Notes: a model not told the origin generated them from the sequence alone. A stretch of DNA of 53,061 nt from Candidatus Woesebacteria bacterium (GCA_018060955.1 JAGOVC010000002.1:1-53061), one strand, 5' to 3'. Counted from the first letter of the stretch, positions 9,710 through 20,284 are shown. Numbers and translations are program-made.

Positions 9710-11539
9710 TTACTCTTTTTTCTTCGATGCGCGAGCGCGTTCTGCTTGTGTGAGTAATCGCTTGCGTAGTCGTAGCGTTGAGGGCACCACTTCTAACAAT
9801 TCGTCATCGGCAAGGAAGTCCAGAGACTGCTCTAAAGAGAATCGGACTGGAGGTGTCAGCTTGACCATCATGTCCTTGGTAGCGGAACGAACGTTACTAC
9901 TGGCTTTTACTTTGTTAACATTCACTTCCATGTCTTGCTCTCGTGAGTTTAAACCCACGATCATGCCCATGTATGTCTCTTCACCCACACCAATGAACAG
10001 TAGTCCACGTTGTTGGGCATTATCGAGTCCTTCCGTGGCACTCTTACCGTGCTCGGAGGCAACAAGAACACCATTGCGTAGCTGACTATATTCTGTCCCT
10101 ACTGGTCGATATTCTAAAAAGATCGAACTCATTTGTAATGTTCCACGGGTATCTGTGAGGAGTTTTGTTCGTGCACCTAAAAGATTGCGTTCGGAAATTT
10201 CAAAGATCATTCGCGTATCTCCCCGTCCATTCGGTTCGATGGATTGGGTTACAGCCCGACGTTGGCCAAACTCTGTGGTGATCACACCGACGAATTCGTC
10301 GGGGATATCTACCGTGACTTCATCGTATGGTTCAAGTTTGACTCCGTTTTCTTCTTTCAAAATAACCTGTGGTCGCGAGACTTCTAGCTCATATCCCTCT
10401 CGGCGCATGGTTTCAATCAACACAGCAAGATGAAGTTCACCACGACCAGAGACTACGAATCCGACACCTGTCGAATCTTCTTCGATCCGAAGTCCTAAGT
10501 TGGTTTCTTTTTCTTTGAGTAGGCGTTCTTGAATTTGGCGAGAAGTTAAATATTTCCCTTCACGGCCTGCAAGTGGGGAAGTATTAGGTCCAATGGTGAT
10601 TTTGATGGTCGGTTCACTGACTTTAATAGAAGGGAGAGCTTCAGGGGTGGCAGGAGCTGTTACTGTCCAACCAATTGAAAGTTCTTTCATTCCTGCAATG
10701 GCGACAATGTCACCCGAGACTGCGGTTTCTACTGGGACCTTTTCAATCCCTTTGGAGACAAACAGTTTTTCAACAGTATATGTTGCTTGATGACCGTCCT
10801 GTGTTACTAATGCAGCTCGATCTCCAGTATGCAGTGTTCCTCGAGTAATACGACCAATACACATTTTCCCTAAATACGGGTCGCGTTCTAAGGTAGAAAT
10901 CAATAACTGGAAGGGAGCTTCGTCATCTCCTCGGGCTGAAGGAACGGTTTTAAGAATCTGCTCAAAGAGAGGAAGTAAATTTCCTTCACCCATTTTCTCT
11001 TCTTCTGTGGGCAAATGATCCCAAGCTTTTCCTTCTCTGCCAATGGCATAAATGACAGGGAAATCGAGCATGGAGTCGTCATCGGCAAGATGGAGGAACA
11101 AATTTTCCACTTGATGAAGAACCGTGGAAGGCTCTGCATCTCTCTTGTCAATTTTATTAATTACAACGATTAACTTCAGTTTACGTTTGATCGCTTGTTG
11201 TAAAACAAAGCGAGTCTGTGGAAGTGGACCTTCCGCTGCATCAACCAGTAAAAGAGCTCCATCTGCCATGTTAATGATGCGCTCCACTTCACCACCAAAA
11301 TCAGCGTGACCTGGGGTGTCAATGATGTTGATCTTAATTTCTCCGTATTGAACCGCAGTGTTCTTTGCAAGAATCGTAATTCCTTTTTCTCGCTCTAAAT
11401 CATTACTATCCAAAATCGTTGTCTGCTGCATTTCTGCTTGATTGTCGCGAAAGGAATGGGTTTGTTTAAGCAGTTCGTCGACAAGGGTTGTCTTCCCGTG
11501 GTCAACGTGCGCAATGATTGCAATGTTTCGAATATCCAT
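9710..11539 (-). CDS. typA: translational GTPase TypA/BipA
   Basis: MDIRNIAIIAHVDHGKTTLVDELLKQ, DTPGHADFGGEV, NKIDK. The start is placed at ATG 11539 (AGGA about 10 nt upstream); ATG 11548 is an alternative. The track start at 11638 looks too long. Confidence 0.9.
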   Translation of the reverse strand: MDIRNIAIIAHVDHGKTTLVDELLKQTHSFRDNQAEMQQTTILDSNDLEREKGITILAKNTAVQYGEIKINIIDTPGHADFGGEVERIINMADGALLLVDAAEGPLPQTRFVLQQAIKRKLKLIVVINKIDKRDAEPSTVLHQVENLFLHLADDDSMLDFPVIYAIGREGKAWDHLPTEEEKMGEGNLLPLFEQILKTVPSARGDDEAPFQLLISTLERDPYLGKMCIGRITRGTLHTGDRAALVTQDGHQATYTVEKLFVSKGIEKVPVETAVSGDIVAIAGMKELSIGWTVTAPATPEALPSIKVSEPTIKITIGPNTSPLAGREGKYLTSRQIQERLLKEKETNLGLRIEEDSTGVGFVVSGRGELHLAVLIETMRREGYELEVSRPQVILKEENGVKLEPYDEVTVDIPDEFVGVITTEFGQRRAVTQSIEPNGRGDTRMIFEISERNLLGARTKLLTDTRGTLQMSSIFLEYRPVGTEYSQLRNGVLVASEHGKSATEGLDNAQQRGLLFIGVGEETYMGMIVGLNSREQDMEVNVNKVKASSNVRSATKDMMVKLTPPVRFSLEQSLDFLADDELLEVVPSTLRLRKRLLTQAERARASKKKE

Positions 11540-11671
11540 ACACTTCATTTCCTTTAACTGGCTCGCAATGCCTACACCTAGGTAAGGACCTAGAAAAATC
11601 AACTCACGAACTTCAAGGGAACGAGGCTGACGAAGCAAAACTATAGGTTAATTATTATACGCTATTTTCTT

Positions 11672-12425
11672 TCAGTTGTCAGCTATTCCTTTAGATTGGG
11701 TCTCTGTGTTCAAAAAGACGAATGAAGAGAGGATTGATTTGAGTGTTTGTCGATCTCTATTGGGTCCAGAAAAGATGATTGCTGACTGCGAACTGATCTG
11801 GGCAAGCACATCGATATGATCCTGTGAATCGATAGTATAGGTCAACTCTAAGGCGGATAGGTTTCCAACCTTTACGGTTGATTGAGCAGAAAGTAGCGCA
11901 CCAGATACTGACGCGCTTTGTTTTGCATCCTCAAGTCGCTCTGCCGAAAACCCATCTAGGCTTTGCCACAACGGAACAATGGCAATTTGATAGTCGTGGT
12001 TTTTGGTACCAGAGGATGGTGCAGATTGCGGGGGGGGATAATAGCATAAGTGATGTGGAATTCGTTTCTTTTAAGGGTGTCACCCCCCATGTGGGTGGAT
12101 AATGAAATCGAAAGCTTCCTGTGGGATGGACATATTCTTTCCAGTCAAGTTGAGGAACACTCGTTTCAGATTCTGGACAGGGAGCAAAACTGCAGTTGGG
12201 TCCTTGTCTGCCCACAAAAGAACCATCTGGGCATTGTAATGCCTCCATCGTACACATGAATTCTTCACTTGGAGGGACAAGAGGTTGTGGTGCTGAGGTT
12301 GAGTAGACACCTAATAAATAGCCTACTGCACCAACACTGAGTACACAGAGCCCCACAATGACCCCAATAATACTGAGGGTAGCAATCCATTCTTTTCCGG
12401 GGCTATGGCTTGGGCGAAACATCAT
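11672..12425 (-). pseudogene. TM-anchored secreted protein split by a frameshift in a C8 (G8 on + strand) homopolymer
   Basis: ORFs 11931-12425 and 11672-11971 are adjacent frames of one reading unit. Removing one C from the tract at 12030-12037 reads through ...LLSPPQSAPSSGTKNHDYQIAIVPLWQSLDGFSAERLED... into the downstream ORF. Confidence 0.6.
12030..12037. repeat. G8/C8 homopolymer at the frameshift point
   Basis: Read directly: gcagattgc-gggggggg-ataatag. Confidence 0.95.
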
Positions 12426-12557
12426 ACTGGTAGTCTAGCTGTGAAAACAGGAGATTAGCAAGTTTAATTTTGATCTCGACTTCCAAATGACCTATCAGAA
12501 TCAGACATATTTGCTAATATACATCTGATTAGGTTAAATCTTTGAAAGGTACACACT

Positions 12558-13679
12558 ATGACACGATTGGGAGTGATTTTTGGATCACGTTCTGTGGAAC
12601 ATGAAGTTAGCATCATTACAGCCTGCCAACTCATGAAACACGTTAATACGGAAAACTATTCGGTGGTACCACTCTATATTGATAAACGGGGTAAGTGGTG
12701 GACGGGGGACCGTGCGAAAACAATCGACAGTTATAAGAATCAAGATCTAACGAACCCAACGGGATTTGAGGCGACCAATCTTCTTGCTGATCCATTGGAG
12801 GATCATGGGATCGATGTTGCCATTATTTGTACCCACGGAACATACGGAGAAGATGGGTCCATTCAAGGCTTGCTGGAGTTGGCAGGAATTCCCTATCAAG
12901 GGCCTGGGATTGTGGGATCTGCTCTGTGTATGGATAAAATCCTCACAAAGCAGGTGCTAATGGCGTCAGGAATTCCGGTTGTTCCTTTCCAATGGTGTAC
13001 ACGGGATGAGTGGACCCAACGACCCAAAGAGGTGTTGTCGCGATTACTTGATACTAGTGTGCCACATACGAGCCGATTGTCCTTTCCTCTTTTCGTAAAG
13101 CCAGCCAACTTAGGATCCAGTGTTGGAATCAGTAAGGCAACGGATGAACTATCCTTACAAGCAGCGATTGAAGTTGCGTTTCAGTTTGATCGACGCGTAT
13201 TGATTGAACAAGGCAAAGAAGCAATCAAAGAAATCAACGTATCGGTTCTTGGGTTTAACGAACTCATTGCTTCGACCCCTGAAGAGCCCGTTTCTAGTGG
13301 AGAGTTACTTAGCTATAGTGACAAGTATGAACAGGGCGGTAAAAAGACCGGCGGGATGGCATCCTTACGTCGTCGGATACCCGCTCCAATTCCCATGAGT
13401 CTGACGAAGAAAATTCAAGAAACTGCGGTTAATGCGTGTAAACAGCTGGATGTGAGTGGAGTGGTTCGTATTGATTTCTTAGTGAACCCAGGAACTGGTG
13501 AATATTGGCTCAATGAGCTCAACACAATTCCAGGGAGCATGTCCTTTTACCTATGGGAAGCCTCGGGAATTTCATACCCTGAATTAATTGATCGACTCGT
13601 TGCGATAGCCATGGAAAGAAATGCGTCTATGCGTAACGTAATCACGTCGATTGCGACCCCGATAATCACTACCACCTAA
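12558..13679 (+). CDS. ddl: D-alanine--D-alanine ligase
   Basis: GVIFGSRSVEHEVSIITA, HGTYGEDGSIQGLLELAGIPYQGPGIVGSALCMDK, ATP-grasp LNELNTIPG. Confidence 0.9.
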   Translation: MTRLGVIFGSRSVEHEVSIITACQLMKHVNTENYSVVPLYIDKRGKWWTGDRAKTIDSYKNQDLTNPTGFEATNLLADPLEDHGIDVAIICTHGTYGEDGSIQGLLELAGIPYQGPGIVGSALCMDKILTKQVLMASGIPVVPFQWCTRDEWTQRPKEVLSRLLDTSVPHTSRLSFPLFVKPANLGSSVGISKATDELSLQAAIEVAFQFDRRVLIEQGKEAIKEINVSVLGFNELIASTPEEPVSSGELLSYSDKYEQGGKKTGGMASLRRRIPAPIPMSLTKKIQETAVNACKQLDVSGVVRIDFLVNPGTGEYWLNELNTIPGSMSFYLWEASGISYPELIDRLVAIAMERNASMRNVITSIATPIITTT

Positions 13680-13682
13680 CCT

Positions 13683-14090
13683 TTATTCCTCAGAAACGAG
13701 CAACCAGTGAAAGAAGCTTAACGTCCATGCGAGCAAAAATGTGAAGAGGAAATACGTCCAAATGAGCTTGAGTGTGATTTCAGGAATAATAAATCGTCCC
13801 AGTTGGATACTTGAAAGATGAAAGGGTTCAATGGAAAAACCTGGAACCAACAACACGACCAACAGGATGACAACAATGTTAAGTACCCAGGCAAATAATC
13901 CTAGAGTGATGATGTTGATCGGAAGCCACAAGATTTTTAAGAAAGGTTTCCCAATAGTATTGAGAAGGTAGAGAGTGGTTCCTGCGGCTAACAAAATTGC
14001 TACACTTCGAATTTGAATAAATTCAAACAAACTATCGAGCAAGTACAGTGAAACTACATGCAAAAACCATTCTCGAATAATTGTACGCAT
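13683..14090 (-). CDS. small 4-TM membrane protein (phage-holin-family-4 / YvlD-like)
   Basis: 135-aa hydrophobic ORF. The pattern LLNTIGKPFLKILWLPINIITLGLFAWVLNIVVILLV resembles PF04020-type proteins as I remember them. Confidence 0.5.
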   Translation of the reverse strand: MRTIIREWFLHVVSLYLLDSLFEFIQIRSVAILLAAGTTLYLLNTIGKPFLKILWLPINIITLGLFAWVLNIVVILLVVLLVPGFSIEPFHLSSIQLGRFIIPEITLKLIWTYFLFTFLLAWTLSFFHWLLVSEE

Positions 14091-14102
14091 CTACACATGA
14101 TA

Positions 14103-15518
14103 CTACTTTAGGAAATTGTTCGTGCGCTTGATCGTATGCAATCGTTTGGCGAACCGATGGGACTCATCGCGGATCGTTTGGATTAAACGTGTCGCTGCAA
14201 CCTCATCCGTCAATGGAATTTCTTTATAGGTAATTGTAGGACTTGTTGTCTTTTTCTTTGAAACTGACACAAGAGGAATGAGAAGTCGATCGGGTTTTTT
14301 TGCAATGGAGATGACAATCGATGGCCATTTCCAGACTGAAAGAACGGATCGCAACTGGCCTTTTCCACCATCAATGAGGATGACGTCCGGGATCCCCCAT
14401 TCTGGATGCCCTTGCCGTCTAGTTAATGCCTCTTTTAACATTCCAAAGTCATTAGGGGTACTTAGCGTTTTTATTCCAAAATGTTTGTATTCTTGATGAT
14501 CCATTTGTCCGTTAATCGCGACCACCATGGAACAAGATGCATTCGTACCCATAATATTACTCACATCATATCCTTCGATTCGGGACAGAGGTGCGGTAGC
14601 GGGAACACTTAAATATTGTCGTAACAACGCGCGTAAACTGACAAGAGACTCTTCCTGCAAGTTACTGGTTAAGGTGGGAAGAATTAAATCAGGGGCCAGC
14701 CGATATTTAGGTGAAGTTACATGCACAATTGCTTGTAATCGATCTCTAAATAAAGCAGCTTGTTCAAAATCTTTTGCTTGAATGCTGCGTTCAATGTCCT
14801 GTTTGTAACTCTGAATCAGCTGTGCGGTTTTTCCGTTTAAAAATTGTTTAACTTCAGTCATCTTGAGTTGATACTCTTCAGGAGAACAGTCACCTATGCA
14901 GGCGCCATCACACAAATTGATATGGTAGTAAAAACAAGCCCGTCGCTGTTTTAAAGAGTCTTGATCCGGATGATCGCACCATTTAAAAATGCTGCGGGCA
15001 ATCGAAAGAACTTGCGAGACGCGTAAGCTCGATGGGAAAGGCCCAAAGGTAACAAGTTTACGCACACTTCGCAAAATTTCAGGTTTGCGGGCAGTGAAGA
15101 TTTTAGGATACGTATCCTTTGACAGACAGATATACAAATCTGATTTGTCATCTTTTAATAAGATATTGAAATATGGCTGGTAGCGTTTGATCAGTTCTGC
15201 TTCGACCAATAACGCTTGCAACTCACTTTCTAAGACTTCCCACTGCACCGTGCGTGTTTGTTGGGTAAGGGCAAAAATTTGCGGGCGGTCATCCTGCGCA
15301 TGAGCATACTGACTTAAGCGTTTTTTTAACGACTTTGCCTTTCCCACGTACAGTACCTTATCGTTTTCGTCGAGGAACCAATAAACGCCAGGTAATAAAG
15401 GCAGCGATTCCCAAGATTGTTGCCACCACGAGGGTAACGAGGAGGAGAGGGAGGTTTTCTTGGAGGGTGCTTTGGACGGTGATGGCATGATCAAAACTTT
15501 GATTTTGGACGCGTACAT
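14103..15518 (-). CDS. uvrC: excinuclease ABC subunit C, short form without C-terminal (HhH)2 domain; start uncertain
   Basis: GIY-YIG PGVYWFLDENDKVLYVGKAKSLKKRLSQY and an RNase H-like endonuclease region ending ...IRDESHRFAKRLH. The ORF overlaps the upstream gene, whose stop is at 15358-15360. Confidence 0.8.
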   Translation of the reverse strand: MYASKIKVLIMPSPSKAPSKKTSLSSSLPSWWQQSWESLPLLPGVYWFLDENDKVLYVGKAKSLKKRLSQYAHAQDDRPQIFALTQQTRTVQWEVLESELQALLVEAELIKRYQPYFNILLKDDKSDLYICLSKDTYPKIFTARKPEILRSVRKLVTFGPFPSSLRVSQVLSIARSIFKWCDHPDQDSLKQRRACFYYHINLCDGACIGDCSPEEYQLKMTEVKQFLNGKTAQLIQSYKQDIERSIQAKDFEQAALFRDRLQAIVHVTSPKYRLAPDLILPTLTSNLQEESLVSLRALLRQYLSVPATAPLSRIEGYDVSNIMGTNASCSMVVAINGQMDHQEYKHFGIKTLSTPNDFGMLKEALTRRQGHPEWGIPDVILIDGGKGQLRSVLSVWKWPSIVISIAKKPDRLLIPLVSVSKKKTTSPTITYKEIPLTDEVAATRLIQTIRDESHRFAKRLHTIKRTNNFLK

Positions 15519-17244
15519 TTACTGTAGTTGCATATGTGGACAGAATGTCATTTCTTGGAAGGGCGATCGGGATATCGATGCTTCCTAATGGTGCCAATGT
15601 TACTTTATCAGACAGTTCAAGGCTACCAGCAGTATTTTGGACTCGTATCGTGGTAGGCACGGCATACACCGCCGACAGCGAGGTATTGGTGAGTCGTAAT
15701 CGGTAGGTATTTTGCAGTCCAAACAACGATGACGGGCTAAGGTGTAAATCACTGCTAAAGGTTTGGGTGTAACTAGGAATAGAATCGATAAATTCGACAT
15801 GAATCTGTTTCCCATCCTGCGTAGGGGTCGTGTACATTCCTGCTGCCAGAGGGAACTGGCTAGATACTCCCTGGATTGCAAAGGCAATGTGACTAAAATC
15901 CATCCGAGAAAAGTAATCAACTCCGCCAGTGGTGTGTTCCCATGTGGGATCTACCGCGATCCATTGTTCTGTGGTTTCATCCCAGTATTCTGGCCAAGAG
16001 TGGAGAACGTCGCGAACTAAGCTTAAAGGACGCAGCGATTCATTTTGGGTATAGGCATAGCCAATTACCGCTCGGGCTGGAATTCCAGCAGCTCGTGAGA
16101 GGGACACAAAAAGATCGGTAAATTCCTGACAGAGTGCCTGGTTTGGTTGGACGAGCACCCGGCTTGCCCCATAGCGCTCATTAGAATCGGAGAGACGTTT
16201 GTAGTCATACACCAGATTTTTTACTACATAAGAGTAAATTGCATCCGCTGTTTTCAATTCTTTTGCGAGCTTTTGAATCGCATGATCGTTAACTTGCCAA
16301 TACGGTTGGGCTTTTAGATATTCAGAACCAGGCCGCTTGGTGGTAAATTTGGCATGCTCTTGAGAAGTTAATCGTAGGTTTACATAGACGGTTGCGGCAA
16401 TTGAAAGTTGTTCTCCCGATGCCAGTTCGTAGTTTGCCATCCAGTTCCCATCTGCGTCTGACGTAATCGATACTGGAGTGGGCTGTATGGAGTCGATAAA
16501 GACGCGTTGATAGCGAGTATCGGGGGGTAGTGTCACTGACATCGTGCCTTTGGTGTTGGTGGGGTTGGTTAGAATGTAGGAGAGTGTTACTTTTGCATTT
16601 TGCTGTTCGCCAAAAATAACACTGATTCCACGATCCTGGGGGGCATTGGGGAAACTGACGATGAGTCTTCCGTTTTCACTACGCGTGGTGAAATCTTTGG
16701 GAAACGCGACACTTGGTGTCTGATAGTGCTCATCCACAATAAGATGCACAGCATACCGGGAAAATTCTTGGGAGCGTGCCAGTTTCGGGATATTCACTTC
16801 GAGAGTTTTGCTGGTGACCGTTGCCAGGTCCGTCGTGTCATATTCCACCACGAAGGTCCGTATCTGATCTTTTCCGACGATTTTATCTGGAAATTCAATC
16901 TGTATCGTTGTTTTATTACTCTGACTCGTTGTTGTAGGCTTCAGTGTCGAACCGTTGCTAATTACGCTAATATTACTGACCGTGTTGGATCCAACTTCTA
17001 ACGCGTAATGGGTGGCATAGGTCGTAGAGGTGGAGTTTGCTAACGAAAACTGCGCCTTCACATGGACAGTCCCATTTTTTCCTATCGTATAGGTACTCTC
17101 AAGTTGCGTTGAAAATCGATCAGCTGCATTAGCCTTCAACGGAACTAGACATCCGAGGAATAGAAATACGATGGTGGAGTAAAGAATCGATGAAACAGAC
17201 ATGCGTAGATGACTATTGTACTTGGTAGGTTCAACTACTGGCAC
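15358..17244 (-). CDS. secreted transglutaminase-like protein with C-terminal TM anchor
   Basis: Core Cys CQEFTDLFVSLSRAAGIPARAVIGYAY, then His/Asp in HSWPEYWD...WIAVDPTW. It has a signal peptide and a C-terminal TM segment plus RRKR. The GTG start at 17244 has AAGGA 8 nt upstream. Confidence 0.8.
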   Translation of the reverse strand: MPVVEPTKYNSHLRMSVSSILYSTIVFLFLGCLVPLKANAADRFSTQLESTYTIGKNGTVHVKAQFSLANSTSTTYATHYALEVGSNTVSNISVISNGSTLKPTTTSQSNKTTIQIEFPDKIVGKDQIRTFVVEYDTTDLATVTSKTLEVNIPKLARSQEFSRYAVHLIVDEHYQTPSVAFPKDFTTRSENGRLIVSFPNAPQDRGISVIFGEQQNAKVTLSYILTNPTNTKGTMSVTLPPDTRYQRVFIDSIQPTPVSITSDADGNWMANYELASGEQLSIAATVYVNLRLTSQEHAKFTTKRPGSEYLKAQPYWQVNDHAIQKLAKELKTADAIYSYVVKNLVYDYKRLSDSNERYGASRVLVQPNQALCQEFTDLFVSLSRAAGIPARAVIGYAYTQNESLRPLSLVRDVLHSWPEYWDETTEQWIAVDPTWEHTTGGVDYFSRMDFSHIAFAIQGVSSQFPLAAGMYTTPTQDGKQIHVEFIDSIPSYTQTFSSDLHLSPSSLFGLQNTYRLRLTNTSLSAVYAVPTTIRVQNTAGSLELSDKVTLAPLGSIDIPIALPRNDILSTYATTVNVRVQNQSFDHAITVQSTLQENLPLLLVTLVVATILGIAAFITWRLLVPRRKR

Positions 17245-17258
17245 AATGGCTGTCCTTT

Positions 17259-17921
17259 TTATAACAATTGTTGCTGCTGTGTATAGTGTTGCACGGATGC
17301 TGGAAGATATTCATGTTTACCAGCTAAGACTGCCGTTGAGGAGGCTTGTGTAGATAGTGCTGAAAGGAATCGGGGGTCAGCAGGAAGAATATACACCTGA
17401 TGATTTTGTAGATATGGCGTTAGAGTTGGAGAGAGATTCTTTTCGATTTGAAGCGGTGTTTGAAGTGCAGCACGCGGAACGATATACAGACGTGCAATCT
17501 GCAAAATTTCTTGCCAATTCTTCCATCGAGTAAACGAGGTAGCTGCGTCTGCGCCCATTACAATCCCAAGCGATTGGGTTGGGGGTATTTGTTCTCGTAG
17601 GACATGCAATGTGTTAATCGAAAAATTACCGTCGATACCTTGCTTGAGAAGCTCCAACTCAATGTCACTAATGTGTATTTTTGCCTGTTCGCTTGCTGTC
17701 AGTTCGCTTTTACACGCTTCTTGTAACATGTGCACTCGATGCTTGAAGGGAAGGGTATATTCCCCCCAGGTTGGTGTATCCGGAGATGGAACAATCGTGA
17801 TTCCATAGGTTGGAGAAAGTAGCGCAAGTGCAAGTTTCATTACACTTATGTACCCATGATGGGCGACGTTAAAACGTCCAAAGTAGAAGAGGTGGTCAAC
17901 GGAAGGTAGCGTTGCTGACAT
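17259..17921 (-). CDS. nadD: nicotinate-nucleotide adenylyltransferase-like nucleotidyltransferase
   Basis: FGRFNVAHHGY approximates GxFxPxHxGH, and a C-terminal SSTAV approximates ISST. The motifs are degenerate, so function and symbol are tentative. Confidence 0.5.
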   Translation of the reverse strand: MSATLPSVDHLFYFGRFNVAHHGYISVMKLALALLSPTYGITIVPSPDTPTWGEYTLPFKHRVHMLQEACKSELTASEQAKIHISDIELELLKQGIDGNFSINTLHVLREQIPPTQSLGIVMGADAATSFTRWKNWQEILQIARLYIVPRAALQTPLQIEKNLSPTLTPYLQNHQVYILPADPRFLSALSTQASSTAVLAGKHEYLPASVQHYTQQQQLL

Positions 17922-17984
17922 GCTGGCTGGCAGTATAGCAGTCTTTGATCAGTTCTGTCAGCGTTTCTTTGGTATACTCGCCTC

Positions 17985-19748
17985 ATGAGTTCCCAGATTT
18001 CCCAGGTAAAAGATGCGATTGATATCGTCGCCTTGATTTCAGAGAAGGTTAAATTAACGAAAGCAGGTAAAAACTACAAAGGCCTGTGTCCTTTTCATAG
18101 TGAGAAATCGCCCTCCTTCTTTGTCACTCCAGAACTTGGGAGATATAAATGTTTTGGGTGCGGAGAGTCAGGGGATGCGTTCACGTATTTACAAAAAACA
18201 GAGAATCTTTCCTTTGCCGAAAGTTTACGAGAATTGGCAGGAAAAGCAGGCATTACATTGGAATCTGTCCCCTTGACGCAAGAAGACCATCGCAAAGATA
18301 GATTAAAGGAAATTCTTTCACTGAGTAAAGAGTTCTATCATTATCTCCTACTCTCCCATGAAGTAGGGAAAACTGCTCGAAGCTATTGCACGCAGCGTGG
18401 GGTATCGCAAGATACCGTTCGTCTGTTTGGCTTGGGTGCTTCACCTGACTCCTGGGATAGTTTAGTGCACTATTTGGTCGGGAAAAAAGGGTTTGATCCA
18501 ACCGAAGCGGTGGACGCTGGACTTGCAATTCGATCTCCAAAAGGGCATTACTATGATCGCTTTCGTAATCGCTTAATGTTTCCCCTTACCGACAAGCGCG
18601 GGCAAGTAGTGGGATTTTCCGGCCGACTGTTGGAGAGTGACGCGAAAGAAGCGAAATACATCAATTCTCCTGAAACGTTGTTGTACCACAAGAGTGATTT
18701 ATTATTTGGGTACTCTCAACTTTCCACCGCAATACGTCAGTCCGAAGAAGTCGTGGTGTGTGAAGGTGAATTTGATGTTATTAGTTCTTTTCAAGCACAC
18801 GTTAGCAATGTGGTTGCCATCAAAGGATCTGCATTATCGTTGTCCCAAATTCAGTTGCTTTCCCATTCGGTACGCCGAATCTGTTTAGCGTTAGACGCAG
18901 ATTCTGCAGGCATCGAAGCCACTAAACGTGCTATTACGTTAGTCAAAGAAAGCGGAGTCGATGTGAATTTACGCGTTATCCCGGTATCGGGTGGAAAAGA
19001 TCCCGATGATATTGCTCGATCGTCACCCTCAAAGTGGCGGGAGATGGTGCAACAGAATATCTCTGTCTATGAGTATCTGATTGATGTGTCATTTGCTTCC
19101 AATGATAGTAAATCTGGTGACGGGAAAAAAGAAATCACGAAAGAATTGGTTCCGCTTCTAAGCCAAATCCAAAACGCGGTCGAACAAGCGCACTATGTGC
19201 AGCAGGTTGCTCGTCGATTAGGTGTATCGGAAGAGATATTTGAAAAAGAGTTACGCAAAGCAAAATTGCCCCAGTCGTTGTCTTCATCGGATGGAACCAA
19301 AAAAGTGGAGGACATACGCAAACCAAAGAATCGATCTGAAGTATTACAGCGTTACTTGTTTTTAGTGTTACTAGCTAGTGATGGAGGAGAGTTCTCCTCA
19401 AGACTGGATCGATTGCGCGCAAATGGAACATTTTCTGGTGTGTATGCAAAATTACTCTCTGAGAGTTCCACCGTACCGATTATGGATTCGCTAAGTTTTA
19501 CCCAAGTTCTGCCCGAAGAACTTAAAGAGTTTTTTACCAGTTTGTATTTAGAAGCATCGGATCTGGGGGGACAAGTTAATTTACAATCGGAGTTCGATGG
19601 CGCGTTGGAAGAGTTAACAGAACTCGTAAAAAAAGAAGATAAAATTAAATTAGCAAAGCAGCTCGGTGAATTAGAAAGTAAAGAAAATCTTACGCCGGAA
19701 GAAGAAGCACAACTTAAAGTACTTACTATGCGCATGAAAGGTCTCTAA
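17985..19748 (+). CDS. dnaG: DNA primase
   Basis: Zinc ribbon CPFHSEKSPSFFVTPELGRYKCFGCGESGD and TOPRIM VVVCEGEFDVIS...LDADSAG. Confidence 0.9.
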   Translation: MSSQISQVKDAIDIVALISEKVKLTKAGKNYKGLCPFHSEKSPSFFVTPELGRYKCFGCGESGDAFTYLQKTENLSFAESLRELAGKAGITLESVPLTQEDHRKDRLKEILSLSKEFYHYLLLSHEVGKTARSYCTQRGVSQDTVRLFGLGASPDSWDSLVHYLVGKKGFDPTEAVDAGLAIRSPKGHYYDRFRNRLMFPLTDKRGQVVGFSGRLLESDAKEAKYINSPETLLYHKSDLLFGYSQLSTAIRQSEEVVVCEGEFDVISSFQAHVSNVVAIKGSALSLSQIQLLSHSVRRICLALDADSAGIEATKRAITLVKESGVDVNLRVIPVSGGKDPDDIARSSPSKWREMVQQNISVYEYLIDVSFASNDSKSGDGKKEITKELVPLLSQIQNAVEQAHYVQQVARRLGVSEEIFEKELRKAKLPQSLSSSDGTKKVEDIRKPKNRSEVLQRYLFLVLLASDGGEFSSRLDRLRANGTFSGVYAKLLSESSTVPIMDSLSFTQVLPEELKEFFTSLYLEASDLGGQVNLQSEFDGALEELTELVKKEDKIKLAKQLGELESKENLTPEEEAQLKVLTMRMKGL

Positions 19749-19756
19749 TCGATCCT

Positions 19757-20284
19757 ATGTCCGATGAGCAGGTAGATATTCTCGATGAAAACCATTCTGT
19801 ACTCTATTCCACGTTAAAAACAACAGCTCATCAACTTGGGTTATTGCACAAAACCGTTATCGGGGAAGTCATCAACAAAAAGGGGGAGTGGTTGTTGGTT
19901 AAACAATCCAGTTCTCGACAGGATCCTGGTCAATATGTTTCTCCAATCGGAGGTCATGTTCGCGCAGCAGAGTCTTGTGAAGAAGCCTTGAAAAGAGAGG
20001 CAATGGAGGAACTAGGAATATCGGTCGAAACCTTTGAGTATATTGGTAATTTTGTCTTTAACCGTTCGGTTATTGGTCGGAAAGAAAATCACCTTTTTGT
20101 GGTGTATGAAGTCCATTGCGATCAGCAGATTTTGCTCAATGAAGAATCGGTTGGTTTTGTGTGGATGTCACCGACTGAGCTACGTGATATTTTTCACCAG
20201 AATCCGAGCTTTTTTGGGGCATCGTTTCATGCCGTCGTAGATAATCTCTTTCCACACCTCAAAACAAATGCATTATCCGAATAG
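19757..20284 (+). CDS. NUDIX hydrolase
   Basis: Nudix box GGHVRAAESCEEALKREAMEELGI. Confidence 0.8.
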   Translation: MSDEQVDILDENHSVLYSTLKTTAHQLGLLHKTVIGEVINKKGEWLLVKQSSSRQDPGQYVSPIGGHVRAAESCEEALKREAMEELGISVETFEYIGNFVFNRSVIGRKENHLFVVYEVHCDQQILLNEESVGFVWMSPTELRDIFHQNPSFFGASFHAVVDNLFPHLKTNALSE

